From the NCBI GenBank assembly GCA_964187785.1, contig OZ076410.1, positions 51,274,001 through 51,338,000 on the forward strand: 64,000 nucleotides of DNA. The letters run 5' to 3'. Positions 1-11,412 of the stretch are shown here, one piece after another. A program made the translations under genes and the position numbers. Origin of the DNA: Amphiscolops sp. MND2022 (Eukaryota). Every line of letters starts with the position of its first letter. The stretch's first letter is position 1. The notes under the pieces are model-generated. The model ran no database searches and was not told the origin of the DNA. It was given only the letters and a program-made list of their open reading frames with translations.

Positions 1-90
1 AAAAAATCTAGGCCATGAAAATATGACCATGAAAAGACATGTAAAGTATTATTCATGAAAACCTAATGGATCGAGGATTGTCAGACTTAC

Positions 91-223
91 CAATAGCAGG
101 TTAGAGTTTCAACGCATCAGCTTCTCTTTCCCGTACATCTGCTTCTGAGAAAACATACTGAGTCTCATTACCACTTTGTGCCCCCAAATCAAGCACACGA
201 GACGGATCAGGATCAGAGTCCAT
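91..223 (-). pseudogene. First coding exon of the antisense accessory gene, family 1 (one internal stop)
   Basis: MDSDPDPSRVLDLGAQSGNETQYVFSEADVREREADALKL*PAI followed by a phase-1 G|GTAAGT donor at 90. Homologous to the exon at 15250-15385. Confidence 0.75.
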
Positions 224-678
224 CAAAAATAAAAGCAAATCTGAAAACAAATTTCGATGATGAAAACAACAATCGAATTTGACGTCATCAAAACGATGAC
301 AAAATTTAAAGTTGGCCAATCACCAACGAAACTGACGTCGGCATAACGTCAACAAAAAGGTTATCAGCGTTAAATCATTAATCCTATAACCTAAAATGAC
401 GTCACTATAACAGTGACAAACGAATTAGAAGCTAGTTATGTGCTAACGAAACTGACGTCAGCATAACGTTGACAAGGTTGGCCAAGTGAATTATTCATTT
501 CGCTGCCGATAAAAACGTGACGTTGGCATAACGTCAACACTCAGGAATAAAGAAAAAATTAAAACGATTGACAAACGAATCAGAATGGAGGGATTTATCC
601 TAACATTCTCCCTAATCCTAATTTTTCCTAAAATCAATTGTCAAACAATCAGGTTACAAGCGACAGCTGAACAACAAA

Positions 679-1431
679 TTGAGCAACATCAGAGACGTTT
701 ATGAACTCGTGGACATCTCCTCTGCCGAAGAAGTGGAAAACATGGAAGTTTTGAAAGAAAGGGAAAGGACTTCTACCCATGTCCCAAGGAACTATCTAGA
801 AAACTACAGCATTGTACTGGAAATATCCCATTCCACAACGGGAGCTTTAGCTGATAAAGAGGAATTTTTTGATATCTCTGCTGATTCGTTGGAATCCAAC
901 TGCAAACGAATGAGGATTCGAGTCTTGAATTATTAAACCCAGAAGATTACCACAACTCGTCTGTTAAATCCACTCACAGCGCAATGATAGAAAGCCCAGA
1001 AAGCCCAGATTTACTAGAAGACAGTGGCGAACGTGATGCTGACGACAATTCAGGGATATTCATAGTAGGAAGCCATAGACCTGCCAGCACAGAATCCGTT
1101 ACGAGTGCAGTCATAGCACTTTTTCCGGATCAAGTAAAGGAAGACTCCCATTTTGTCACTGCCCCTGGACCGCTGAAGAAAGAGAATGTATAAAAACAGT
1201 AAGTCCTCTAAACGATCGGAGGAAGAGAGACTACAAGGACGCTGCTACTCCGATACTCGTCTTTCAATTGCGAAACCCGGCAGAGCCAACTTCCCGACAA
1301 CAGCGGCCCTGTCACAGCCCGCTCCCGGCGTGTGGTTGCCGATGACTGAGAATTGGAAGAGAACACGGAGGTTATTTGAGCTTTCCAAAGTAGTATTTCA
1401 ACTGGTTAACTTAAAACTAACTTATAAATAA
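679..1431 (+). pseudogene. Sense accessory ORF (acidic, unknown function), frameshifted, family 1
   Basis: ORF pieces 679-936, 984-1193 and 1186-1431. FDISADSLESNCKRMRI, SGIFIVG and TAALSQPAP match segments at 15625-16402. Confidence 0.55.
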
Positions 1432-1545
1432 ATTGTGACTAGAAGTACAAAACACACAACTATCCTACACAAATCCCAAATGAAATTGAAAATAGGAAAC
1501 GAATTCGGCCAGAAAAATTTCCACGCATTTCCGGCAAGACGTTTT

Positions 1546-3490
1546 TGTTACGTCAGGAAAGGAACATTCGGTACCTGAAATTGGAACCAAAACTACGTCT
1601 CAGGATCGAAATCATAGTTTAATCTAAATAAAAAACAGATGCGGAATTATCTCTAAAAGGAGCGCATATCCAAATTCTAAAATGAAAACCACTTTGAAAT
1701 ACAGGTTAAGAAATTATGCCGTGTCAAAATAAGGCTAGTTAATTGCGTTTGAACAGCATTTAGTGTGTTTTAGAACGGCGATGCTGCGTTAAGTAAATAA
1801 AGGCGGTTGTGAGAACAAACATAAATTTGACGTCACAACTTCGTCTAGGCATACCAAGAAATCATTCCAATTATCCACCATGGCTACGCCACTGCCTCTG
1901 GTGGTCAAACTTTAGGTAGAAATTTTACGTCCACGCTACGTCCACTATATTCGTGGACCTAATCCAAATAAGAGTTTACGTCCGTTTTACGTCCAAAACC
2001 CATCGAAATAGTTGTTTTAACCCATCTAAAGCCCCGAAATTGATAATAGTTAAATTAATCTGGGATAAGGGAGGGATATGTTTAGAATACTTGTGATTTG
2101 AATAAAGAATTGATAAAGACCTGAGAAATTAACGTCAGCACTTCGTCGTAAAGAATAATACTAACCTAAAATCGCTCTAGGAGTTAACATAAGCGAAATT
2201 TCCTCAAGATATACGAGCAAAAGTCACAGTTTATAGTTACAAACAAAATGTACCTGTTGGATATTGTTTTGGAGATGTGTTTTTCGTATGTTTGTATTCA
2301 TATATCCAATTCCTTAGCCATGTGTTTCGTGAAGTTGATCATAATTCTACTCTACAGGGGTTTGTCGCAGACGATCCCAAAACTTGCTTACCAAACTGTT
2401 GCTTTTATAACAAGGCAGTTTTTACTAATTCACAAACTTGTCGTGATCATTGCGTCAGGTTAAAAGCTGCTAAACGTATATTGATTTGTGTCTTAATTGT
2501 TGCAAATTTTGTTTTTGTTATTTTTCTAATTGTTCACTTTTCCAGTTCTTTCAAACTATTTTCCTAGCATCACTCAAATAATCATAACTCAAGTATTAGT
2601 CATAGCATTCGCTCAAGTTAAAATTCAATCAGGTATTAGTTGTTCACGTCAGCGTCATCTCAGCGTCGAACCAACGCAGTAAAACAGGGAATCATATCCG
2701 GTTTGACAGACTGAAGTAATATTTACTTCCTGCTTGGGAGGAAACAAAAGGACGCCGGGATGAAATGATATGATCAAGTTTGATGACTAATACTAGGTTA
2801 GAAGTGTCGTGTCTTAAACTTTGACGAAGCATCGACGTAAAATTGGGAACAAAATGATTTTTTCTTCGAAGATACAGGAAATGACTAATTACTTGGGGAA
2901 ATTTGGAGATTTGATGGTGATCAAAGGTGCTTGGAGGGTACAAATACCATGTGCGATGATGATTAAGGGACTCAATCTTTTCTCACTTAGGAAATTGAGC
3001 TGTTTTTATCTCGCTCGTCTCTAATCTTTATTCTCAACTTTGATAAAAATATCAGTGATCAAGAAAACTTGAAGCTGAGTGTTTTTCAAAGATGTCTACA
3101 ACAAGAAGCCAGAAAAGCAAGAACAATCAACAGGAGAGCTCTGGGAGCGTTAGTGAGTATTTAGTTTCACCGTTTGTAACAGAAAACAATCATTCCTTTG
3201 ATCAGGACGTCAGTTTTCCGGGACCTTCGAGGGCAAAATCCCCAAGGGTCGAAAGTAGCATCTTGGAAACTTTGAGGACCACTTTGAAGGATGAGATAAC
3301 GTCTGAACTCGAGAACTTTTTAGCAGATTCCCAAAAGGAGATATCGAGATTGCTTAAAGCTAAAACAAACACCAATGTTAGAGAGGAGCCCGATGAAGAT
3401 ACCGGAAACGAACCTAGAAGTTTCTATACACCTACTGAGTCAGTTAGAATAAATTCTAGTCAAAACAACGACCCTTGTGGTAGTCGTAAC
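1546..3490 (+). repeat. LTR, family 1 (about 1.95 kb)
   Basis: Inverted termini TGTTACG...CGTAAC. It ends with ...NDPCGSRN, the same way the family 2 LTRs end with ...LEPGCSRN. Confidence 0.7.
3092..3490 (+). pseudogene. gag: gag N-terminus encoded inside the LTR (truncated at the LTR end)
   Basis: MSTTRSQK...LRTTLKDEITSEL...TPTESVRINS...SRN parallels MSIRSQK...TLRKEITEEL...TPVRIRS...SRN of family 2. Confidence 0.65.
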
Positions 3491-4678
3491 GTTGAAGAAG
3501 TACAAGTTCAAACTGATAGTGACAAAGGGTGAAATCCGAGATGGTTTTACGCTGACATACAGCTGGGCGCCTAACCGCTTAGCGCAAGAGTTGGTTTTTA
3601 AACTTCAATCGACATAATGAGTTTCGCGACACTTTGGCTAAACTGTTAGAAGAAGTTTGTTTCCATGTTGAGATTGATCCAAATCTTCAGCCTCTTCACG
3701 GAGAAAGTTTTTTTCAAAAAAAACAACGAGTACTGAAGATGAAGCAAGATTAGATTTCAGGGCAAAAGGACTCTGGAAGTCGAGATTCAGTTGCATCATT
3801 TTTGACGTAGAACTTGTCCCCTCCACTTACCAGAGGCGGCGGGAAAAAAACATTCCCTTCATTAAACAAGTTTCGATTTTGTAAAAACTTTAATTGAAGT
3901 ATCTTGAAAAGAAACTGAGTGATTTTGTACTAAGCTGCTGAATCCAACAGGTTAATTTGTTTGCGTATTATGTTCGACTATTGTGACATTGTTAGCTTTT
4001 GAACTTCAATGTTTTATATGTGTTACCAAGAATGTTCAACGATGTATTTGATGCATTTTGATAGTCAAAAATATAATGTGTTTTGCTGTCCAATGAAATT
4101 ATCTCTTGGGCGATGTATGATTTTCAATACCGATTTTCTTCACGAGTTTTTGGATTTGACAAAGCCATAAACGTTGTCATCATCTTTGTGTCAAGTAGAG
4201 GACATGACAAACCCAACCGTTGTCTAAAAACAAAGATATACAGCTGCTCCAGTACCAGGAAGCATAGGTTCCAGTAACAAGAATACTAGTTGGCAACCAA
4301 ATGAACTCACAGTATACATCATAGGAATAGCTAAACGTTTCGAAGGTGTTCAGTTCATTTGTTTCTTAGTGTAACTAATTACAATCCTTTGTTTCAATCT
4401 TGACTCAATTTTATTCAACTCTGTGTCACTGTCTGCTCCAGGACTGGCATGTTTCTGCCGGAGAGTACAGTTTGGGAGAGGACAAAGTTGTCTAATGTCA
4501 GATAAGTGCTGCTGGAATTAAAACGATTTTGAATTAATAACAGTAGAATAGACTGTGACCAAAGAAAAACACATTCATAGGGAGAAAACTAAGCGGCATA
4601 CTAAAAAAATATAATTCTAACATACTGATAAAATGGCAATTTTCAACAGCTAGGACTAACGCACGTCGCAAACTTTAC

Positions 4679-6505
4679 TGTTGAGAAATGAAACTCAAAG
4701 AACTACTAAAATTGCCTAAGCGAGTTTTTCGATGAACGGAATTTAATCCCAGTGGGATTTCTTCTCAATCAGCACTTTGAGAATAGATATGCGATTTGAA
4801 GTTTCAGTGGCTTTGTTAACAAAAAAACGCGCTTATGATGAAAACTACCCGCAAATACCACACTAAGTGAACAAGTAGTCCAATCAGCTAACAGTACTGA
4901 TCAATGAATAACGTCGCGTTTACGTCACTCACTCAATAAGAATGAAAGAATAACCAACGTCGCTTTTACGTCACGCTCGTGATGCTCACTTAATAATAAC
5001 GGAACAATAGTCTGCGTCACAACTACGTCACTGTTGTACTAGTCCGAATAAAACATGCCACGTCAACGCTGCGTCAAATGTAAATGTTTTTATTAACAGG
5101 TCTCATCAAAGGATGCGCTCATGTAATTTCGTATAGGTAACTAGCCATTTCCTAAGACATTTCGAATTGCTCTAATGTAATTCCGAAAGATTTGATATAT
5201 GATACTCGTATAATGCTCAAGGTTACAGTTAATTGATAACTAATACTAGAAAACTCAATACCCGCCATATTCTAATGATTCAGAAACCTAATCGTCGCTT
5301 TGAAGTTTAATTGATGTTGAATTAATGTTGTGTTGAATTGGTTAATCGTTGCATTGAACTTATTTTCTGAGAAAGTGACCCGATACGGGAAAACGTCTCA
5401 TTAACGTTGCTATGTCAGTGAAGCAGTTTAAGTTAAACCGCACGTCATGCGTGCGTCAGCAAAGTGTTGTTTTCCTGTGATTTCTATAACTTTAATCATC
5501 GATAAGTGTATCAAAGTGTAAATCTCCTTGTCGAAAACGAAACCTTCATTTTCTCCTAGTTTCAAACCAAAGACAATTAGCCGATAAAAAAATCCTCCAT
5601 CAATTTTATGAATACTTTTCTTCCACTAATATTGAATATTCTGTTCACGCAACTTCAGCGGTTCTGAATCTCTCCCGCCATTTCACGATCAAATTGGGTT
5701 GCTTCGGTGATAATGAAAAATCAAAATGAATCACATATCCGGTTTAGCTACTTTTCCCGCGAAATCTTATCCCTTCTAAGGAACTTCCCGCATCCGTTAC
5801 AGGCAAGTTGTTGCGATCATGATGCTACTTGTGAAATGGTTTGAGATCGTTCTTACTTTTCCCGGATAAGACGAATGTTGGGCGTTTCATCGGGGACGCC
5901 TGCATGAACGAATGACGCTAGGAGGGTATATAAACGTAGGAAAGTTAGGAGATTTCACTTAATTTTCATTCTCAAATGTTTTTAGAAAGTTTGTTCTAGC
6001 CTTTGTATTACTGTAAATTGGACTTCTTGAAGATTGTGATTGCAATTCTCAAAACAATCTGCTGGTTGATTATTTCTTGTTCAACAAAATTTCTCGAAAC
6101 CTGAGGATTTATGTCGATCAGAAGCCAGAAAAAGAGAGCTACAAGCCAAGAAGTAGAGGAACCGGAGCGTACGGATCGAGTTTCCCCAAAAGTTTTCAGT
6201 ACTGAGTTTAGGAAAATTGTTGATAACGTCCCTTCCACGTCAACTGATGAAATTGTAACCCAAAACTTCAGTGATAACCCAAAAACTAAAATCTACCCTA
6301 AGAAAAGAGATTACCAAGGAAATAAAAGCTATGTTCGCTCAGTCCTAAAAAGCAATCATACAAGCACTTAGACCGGCAAATAGAGACGATACTGAAATGA
6401 TCAATTTAGACCAAGAGATCACTCCAGTTAGAATACGCTCTTCACCCAACAAGACCGTACGCTTTAACAACGTCGAAAATCTTGAACCCGGTTGTTCTCG
6501 TAACA
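4679..6505 (+). repeat. 5' LTR, family 2
   Basis: Starts TGTTGAGA, ends CTCGTAACA. Colinear with 16563-18440 and followed directly by a TGG-starting PBS. Confidence 0.82.
5927..5934 (+). promoter_or_regulatory. Putative TATA box of the LTR promoter
   Basis: GGG-TATATAAA about 180 bp upstream of the gag ATG. The 3' LTR has GGGTATTTATA near 17860 at the equivalent site. Confidence 0.5.
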
Positions 6506-7276
6506 TGGTGACAGGAGTCCCTAACGACCCTACTCACCCCAACAAAAAAAAACAAAAACCGCACACAAAGCCAATCTCCAGCCGAGGAACGTCCAAACAT
6601 CACCAAAACACTATTCAGCACATCAAGCCAAATGAACACCAACAATGCATTCCCATTGCCCAAGGCCCTCACAATTTCACTACCAACTTTCGACGGTAAG
6701 TGCTAAAAATTCGAATTATCCGAAGATTTTTTCCGAAACAACCTCAAAATGTATCCCCACCTCACTGAAACACAGAAGATAAACTATTTCCACTCCCTCC
6801 TACGGGGCGAGTCATTACAAGCTTTTCGCAACCTTGACGACACTAAAAAAGATAGTTTAGAAGACATAAAAACGACCTTTAAACGTCGATTTGGAGACTA
6901 CTTATCAATGGCCAAAGATTGGTGCGAATGGTACACACTTAAAGTTGACCCATCCACTCAAAAACTACTTGAATTCCTCGACTCACTACAAAAAACAGCG
7001 AAAGAAGCGTTTGGAGCTCAAGCCCAACAATTTATCGACAAGGCAATGCCTAACCACGTGAAAAAGATACTCAACCGCGCATATCTAGAGGACAAACTTT
7101 ACAACGACATTGTTCTCCACCTCGAAAGAGAAATGAGACACAACGGTCTAGGTGCTCCTGACGACGTCATTTTAGTCCCACTGAATCACATTGAAATAAC
7201 AACGGCATCAACCACGAAAGACGAGCCAAAACGACGTTTCTGTTGCTACTGCTACAAATATGGACATTATAATTGA
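6111..7276 (+). pseudogene. gag: gag (frameshifted; starts in the LTR and reads through the PBS)
   Basis: ORF pieces 6111-6371, 6397-6699 and 6749-7276. Capsid-like QKINYFHSLLRGESLQ...KRRFG and a truncated zinc knuckle CCYCYKYGH. Confidence 0.85.
6506..6520 (+). promoter_or_regulatory. Primer binding site
   Basis: TGGTGACAGGAG immediately after the LTR end ...TAACA and absent after the 3' LTR. The first 7 nt match the canonical tRNA-Trp PBS (TGGTGAC). Confidence 0.7.
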
Positions 7277-8130
7277 CGACCAAGTAGACTCAGGTGCATA
7301 CATCCACGCCATATCATGGTCAGACTATATCATGATCAAAACCAACACTGAAAATGGCATCATAAAAGAGTACCTCCAACCTCCTTTCCGAATTGAGTGT
7401 GCAAATGCCCAAATAGAACAACCGATCGTTACAGCAGACGTACAATTCAACATTGGAACGTACTTTTTTACTGATACATTCGTTGTATTGTCACGCACAT
7501 CATTTCCTATAATCGGACTCAATTTCGTGAGAAATCACCAAGCCCTGCTCGACACAGCAAACGGCACCATAACGTTCCCACGTGTAGAAATGACGCTAGC
7601 CATGAAGGACGAAATGAAAAAATGCAATCCTCACCCCATCCAAATAAGGACCAACGGAACACAGACGGTACCAGCACAACAAACTCTAACCGTCAATGCC
7701 GTAGCTATAACCAATATTGAACGCCCTATCACAGGCACAATACAACCACAACCTCAATTCGACGCAGATGCCCAAATCACAGTGGCTCCCGCTCTAGCCA
7801 CTCCTGATAACAAAAAAATCAAAATGAGTGTCGTGAACATCACGGACACCCCCTACACAATACCCACCGAGACAAAAAATAGCTGAACTACAGATACTCA
7901 AACCAGGTGACACAAAAAACATACGCCCAAGTAACGTCGCAGCACTCAAACTACTAGAAGACCCCAACAGTCACGTATGTGAACGAAGTAATGAAAACTG
8001 TTTCTGACCCTTCTGAAACAGACGGATTCTGGTTCCTGACCCCAGAGAACCCTGGGAACGAAGCCGAACTTACGCCCATCCAATAACGCATCCTCAAAGA
8101 AATCAGAGAATTAGAACAAAAAGAAAATTA
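7260..8130 (+). pseudogene. pol: pol: aspartic protease plus beta-rich linker
   Basis: VDSGA active-site motif and IIGLNFV (the G-x-x-F flap-distal motif). Confidence 0.85.
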
Positions 8131-8172
8131 AATCGCACCAAGGTCAGCGAGGCACGCGAACTCTTCCTCAAA

Positions 8173-9128
8173 ATGTTCCAATGGGAAGACTCCCTCATAC
8201 AGGGAGAAGAAAAACAACAACTTGAGGATGTAATAATAGAATACAACGACATTTTTGCACGTCACCGCCTCGACACAGGCATCAACAATGATTTCAAAAT
8301 AAAATTAACACCAAAGAATGAGAACCCAGTATACACACAAACTCTACCCGTGCCGATCAACCTCAAAGAAGACCTCACAGTTGAGCTAGCCTCAATGCAT
8401 AGATGTGGGATCATAACGACACTGCCATTCCCAAAGAATGCACGTCCCATCTTTGCACAACGCATGCCTAACGGCAAACTGCGACTACTGGTAGGTCTGA
8501 GGAAAACGAACGCATTGATGTCAGACGACTACATAAACAATAACCATCTCTTAAGCACACTCACAGACGCAACCCAGCACCTAGCAGGGAAAAAACTATT
8601 CGGCAAACGTGATTGCTCTCAAGCGTACCATTGCCTCCAGATGGCCGACCACGATCAGTCGAACTCTTGGCGTTCAACTTCGCCACTAGATATTTCGCCT
8701 CTGAGAGACTATCGCAAGGACTCAGCAGAGCCCTTTCAGCATTCTCCAGTTTCATGAGAGAATACCTGGATAATGTAATAAAAGCAGACCAATGTGCTCA
8801 ATATGTTGATGTTATTGGCATCGCAGCCAACACGGTCGCCCATTTAATACACAACATCCGAGCAGTCTTTGAGTGCCTACGCAATGCAGGCCTGAAACTA
8901 ACAATAGAAAAATGCCACTTTGGAGTAATCAAAGTAGAATTCCTTGGGAGAACAATAACTCCCCTTGGAACAGCCCCTCAAGACCACAAAATCAAGAAAT
9001 TCCTTGCCAACGTTCCCGAAGACACGAAAACAAGTCCAACGATACATTGGATTCATCAACTGTTATTGAAACTATATACCGAGACTATCAGAGAAACTGA
9101 GGCGATTCTACAAACTTCCCAAACTTGA
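8173..9128 (+). pseudogene. pol: pol: reverse transcriptase
   Basis: PIFAQRMPNGKLRLLVGLRK, DCSQAYH, RLSQGLS, and QYVDVIG (a decayed YxDD), KCHFG...VEFLG. Confidence 0.93.
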
Positions 9129-9129
9129 A

Positions 9130-9699
9130 ACACAGCAAACAGTCGCAGAGGAATTGCTAAACGACTCCAAGGTTATCAACACAGCACTAGCAGACGCCTG
9201 TGGACTAGCACTTAAACAGCCTATTACAGGTCGCCAATACGTCATCATGGCAAATGCCAGCTTTAAAACATCGGCATAAACACTAATGATAGAAGAACAA
9301 GATGAGAAAAAACTTACTTCCAATAAGAAAACATTCGCCCCAGTAGCGTTTGGTTCAAAAGTGTTCTCGCCAGCACAACTCAAAATTTCTATATACTGCA
9401 AAGAATTCCTAGCAAGTTATCATGCATTCCTCGAGTATAGCCATATACTATGGGAAACCACACTACCCACATTAGTCATGACGGATAACAGATCTGTAAC
9501 CAGATTCTTCCAAACAATAGCAAAACCACCAACTTTATGGAACGCCTGCGATTACGTCCTCCAATTCAACTTTAGAATCACACACGTAGCAGAAATGCTC
9601 AACACGGCAGCAGATTTTCTATCTCGGTTGGAACCTAAATCAAAAGAAAAATCCAACTCACCATCCGGGAAGACATACAAAACCTCCCCATACAAATAA
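9130..9699 (+). pseudogene. pol: pol: RNase H (Ty3-type)
   Basis: ANASF (DAS motif), SIYCKEFLA, MTDNRSV, NTAADFLSR. Confidence 0.88.
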
Positions 9700-9899
9700 A
9701 AACGCAATCAACCAATGTAGCAGAAGAAGAACAACTGTTCTTCTTACCCGACGAAACAATAGAGACTGACGAAGAAACGCTAACTAGAAAACAACGTGCC
9801 AAAGAACGAGACCAATCTGAGGCCCACACCTAAACCACAGCAACAATCCAAGAAGCCAACATCATACCCATCAACAAAACGTCATTCACACTAGGAGCT

Positions 9900-10860
9900 A
9901 TCAAAGAGGACGCACGAATCAGAAGCGAACAGGACGCAGACATCATCCTGAAAACAATCAAGGCCAAACTAGCAAACGAAGAACATGACGAACACTTACT
10001 CAAAACTAACCCAACAGCACAGAAACTACTCAAACACGAAAACCGAATAATCATCAAAGACGGAATACTAATGCGCAAATATTACGGAGAAAGTTGCCAA
10101 ACCACTCACCACCAAACAATACTACCAACACAAATCAATCCCGAACTACTAAAAACCTTAAAAGGAGCGACAGCGAAACACCCAGGAATTACAAAGATGA
10201 TACAAGAGTGCCCAGCAAATGTTACCACCCAGGGTTGGCCAGACACATTAAAAAATGGGTAACAACCTGTCAGGAAGGCATCAAATACAAACGAATCAGT
10301 AAACGACAAATACGCCCCAAAAAAATCAACCCCACTGATTTTTCAATGGGACCAGAAGACATCCTCGATAATGATATACTGCCCAACTTACCGTGCTCGG
10401 CAGGATACCAACACAACATCACGATATTCTCACGTTATTTCTTCGCATACCCAACGCAAAACATGACAGCACAAACTGTGGGAAAATGTATCACTGACGT
10501 CATGACGAGACATGTTTATCTCCCCACCACAATAATTTCAGACAAGGGATCGCAATTCACAGCAGAGATGGTACAAGAAATAACCAAGATTCTAAACATA
10601 GAAATCAGACACGCAACCACAAAACATGCACAAACAATTGGCATTCTCGAAAGGACTCATGCCTCAATCAAAATTACACTAAAAATCTCATCCAAGGAAA
10701 TCAATGTGGCACAAATAAGTACAAATCGCAGTCATGAATCACAATACAACATATCACGAAATCATAGGTTGCGAACCATTAACTGTCTTCCATGGTCGCT
10801 TTCCCTACAATGCACTAGACCTTAAACTAGGGATTAAACCCCAATGACAACAACAACGTA
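9900..10860 (+). pseudogene. pol: pol: integrase (HHCC plus DDE core; C-terminus largely deleted)
   Basis: KHPGITK...TCQEGIK, DILPNLP, ISDKGSQF, IGILERTH. Confidence 0.9.
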
Positions 10861-11412
10861 AAGGGGAATTAGTCTACCCGAACCAGAAGTACTAGTACAA
10901 CACAATGACTGGTACGCCAAAGCTTGGGAATCCAATTTTGAAGACCAAAACAAGAACACAACGCCTACGGAACAAATAACCAATAGCACACCACATATTC
11001 AAGAAATCAACCTAACTGACATTAACGACGAATTAGACGAGGACACAACGTCAACTCCGGATTTTTCCATCTTAACAACCGACGAAGGTGATAACCCTTT
11101 CATTACTAACCCCCCACCCATAGAAGACTTAGACTACCAAAACGAATCATCTCCTATTTCAATAGGATATAATCCAAGAAAAGTGCCTGACTTTCGATCA
11201 CTAGACGCTATTGACATAACTCAAAACATAAAACAAATATCAGAGTCCAGACTGAACCAGCCCGACGATGTTCAATTATAACTAACTCAAATCAGAATCA
11301 GTTTATCATAAAAATTCCATTCGAACTTCAGAACAAACTAACCTTAATCATAATAAATATACAACGCAACAGTCAAAAATGATCATAAAAGTCAATCAAC
11401 CGGCAAGAGAGA

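Larger units (their letters stand above)
1..3490 (+). mobile_element. 3' end of a Ty3/Gypsy LTR retrotransposon (family 1): accessory region plus 3' LTR
   Basis: Same layout as 15.2-18.4 kb of family 2: antisense first exon, sense accessory ORF, then an LTR starting TGTTACG (1546) and ending CGTAAC (3490) that contains a gag N-terminus. Confidence 0.75.

Noticed and set aside
3500-4420. Possible host exons (minus-strand ORF 3638-3826, GTAAGT at about 3830)
   Set aside because: No recognisable protein and no consistent exon chain.
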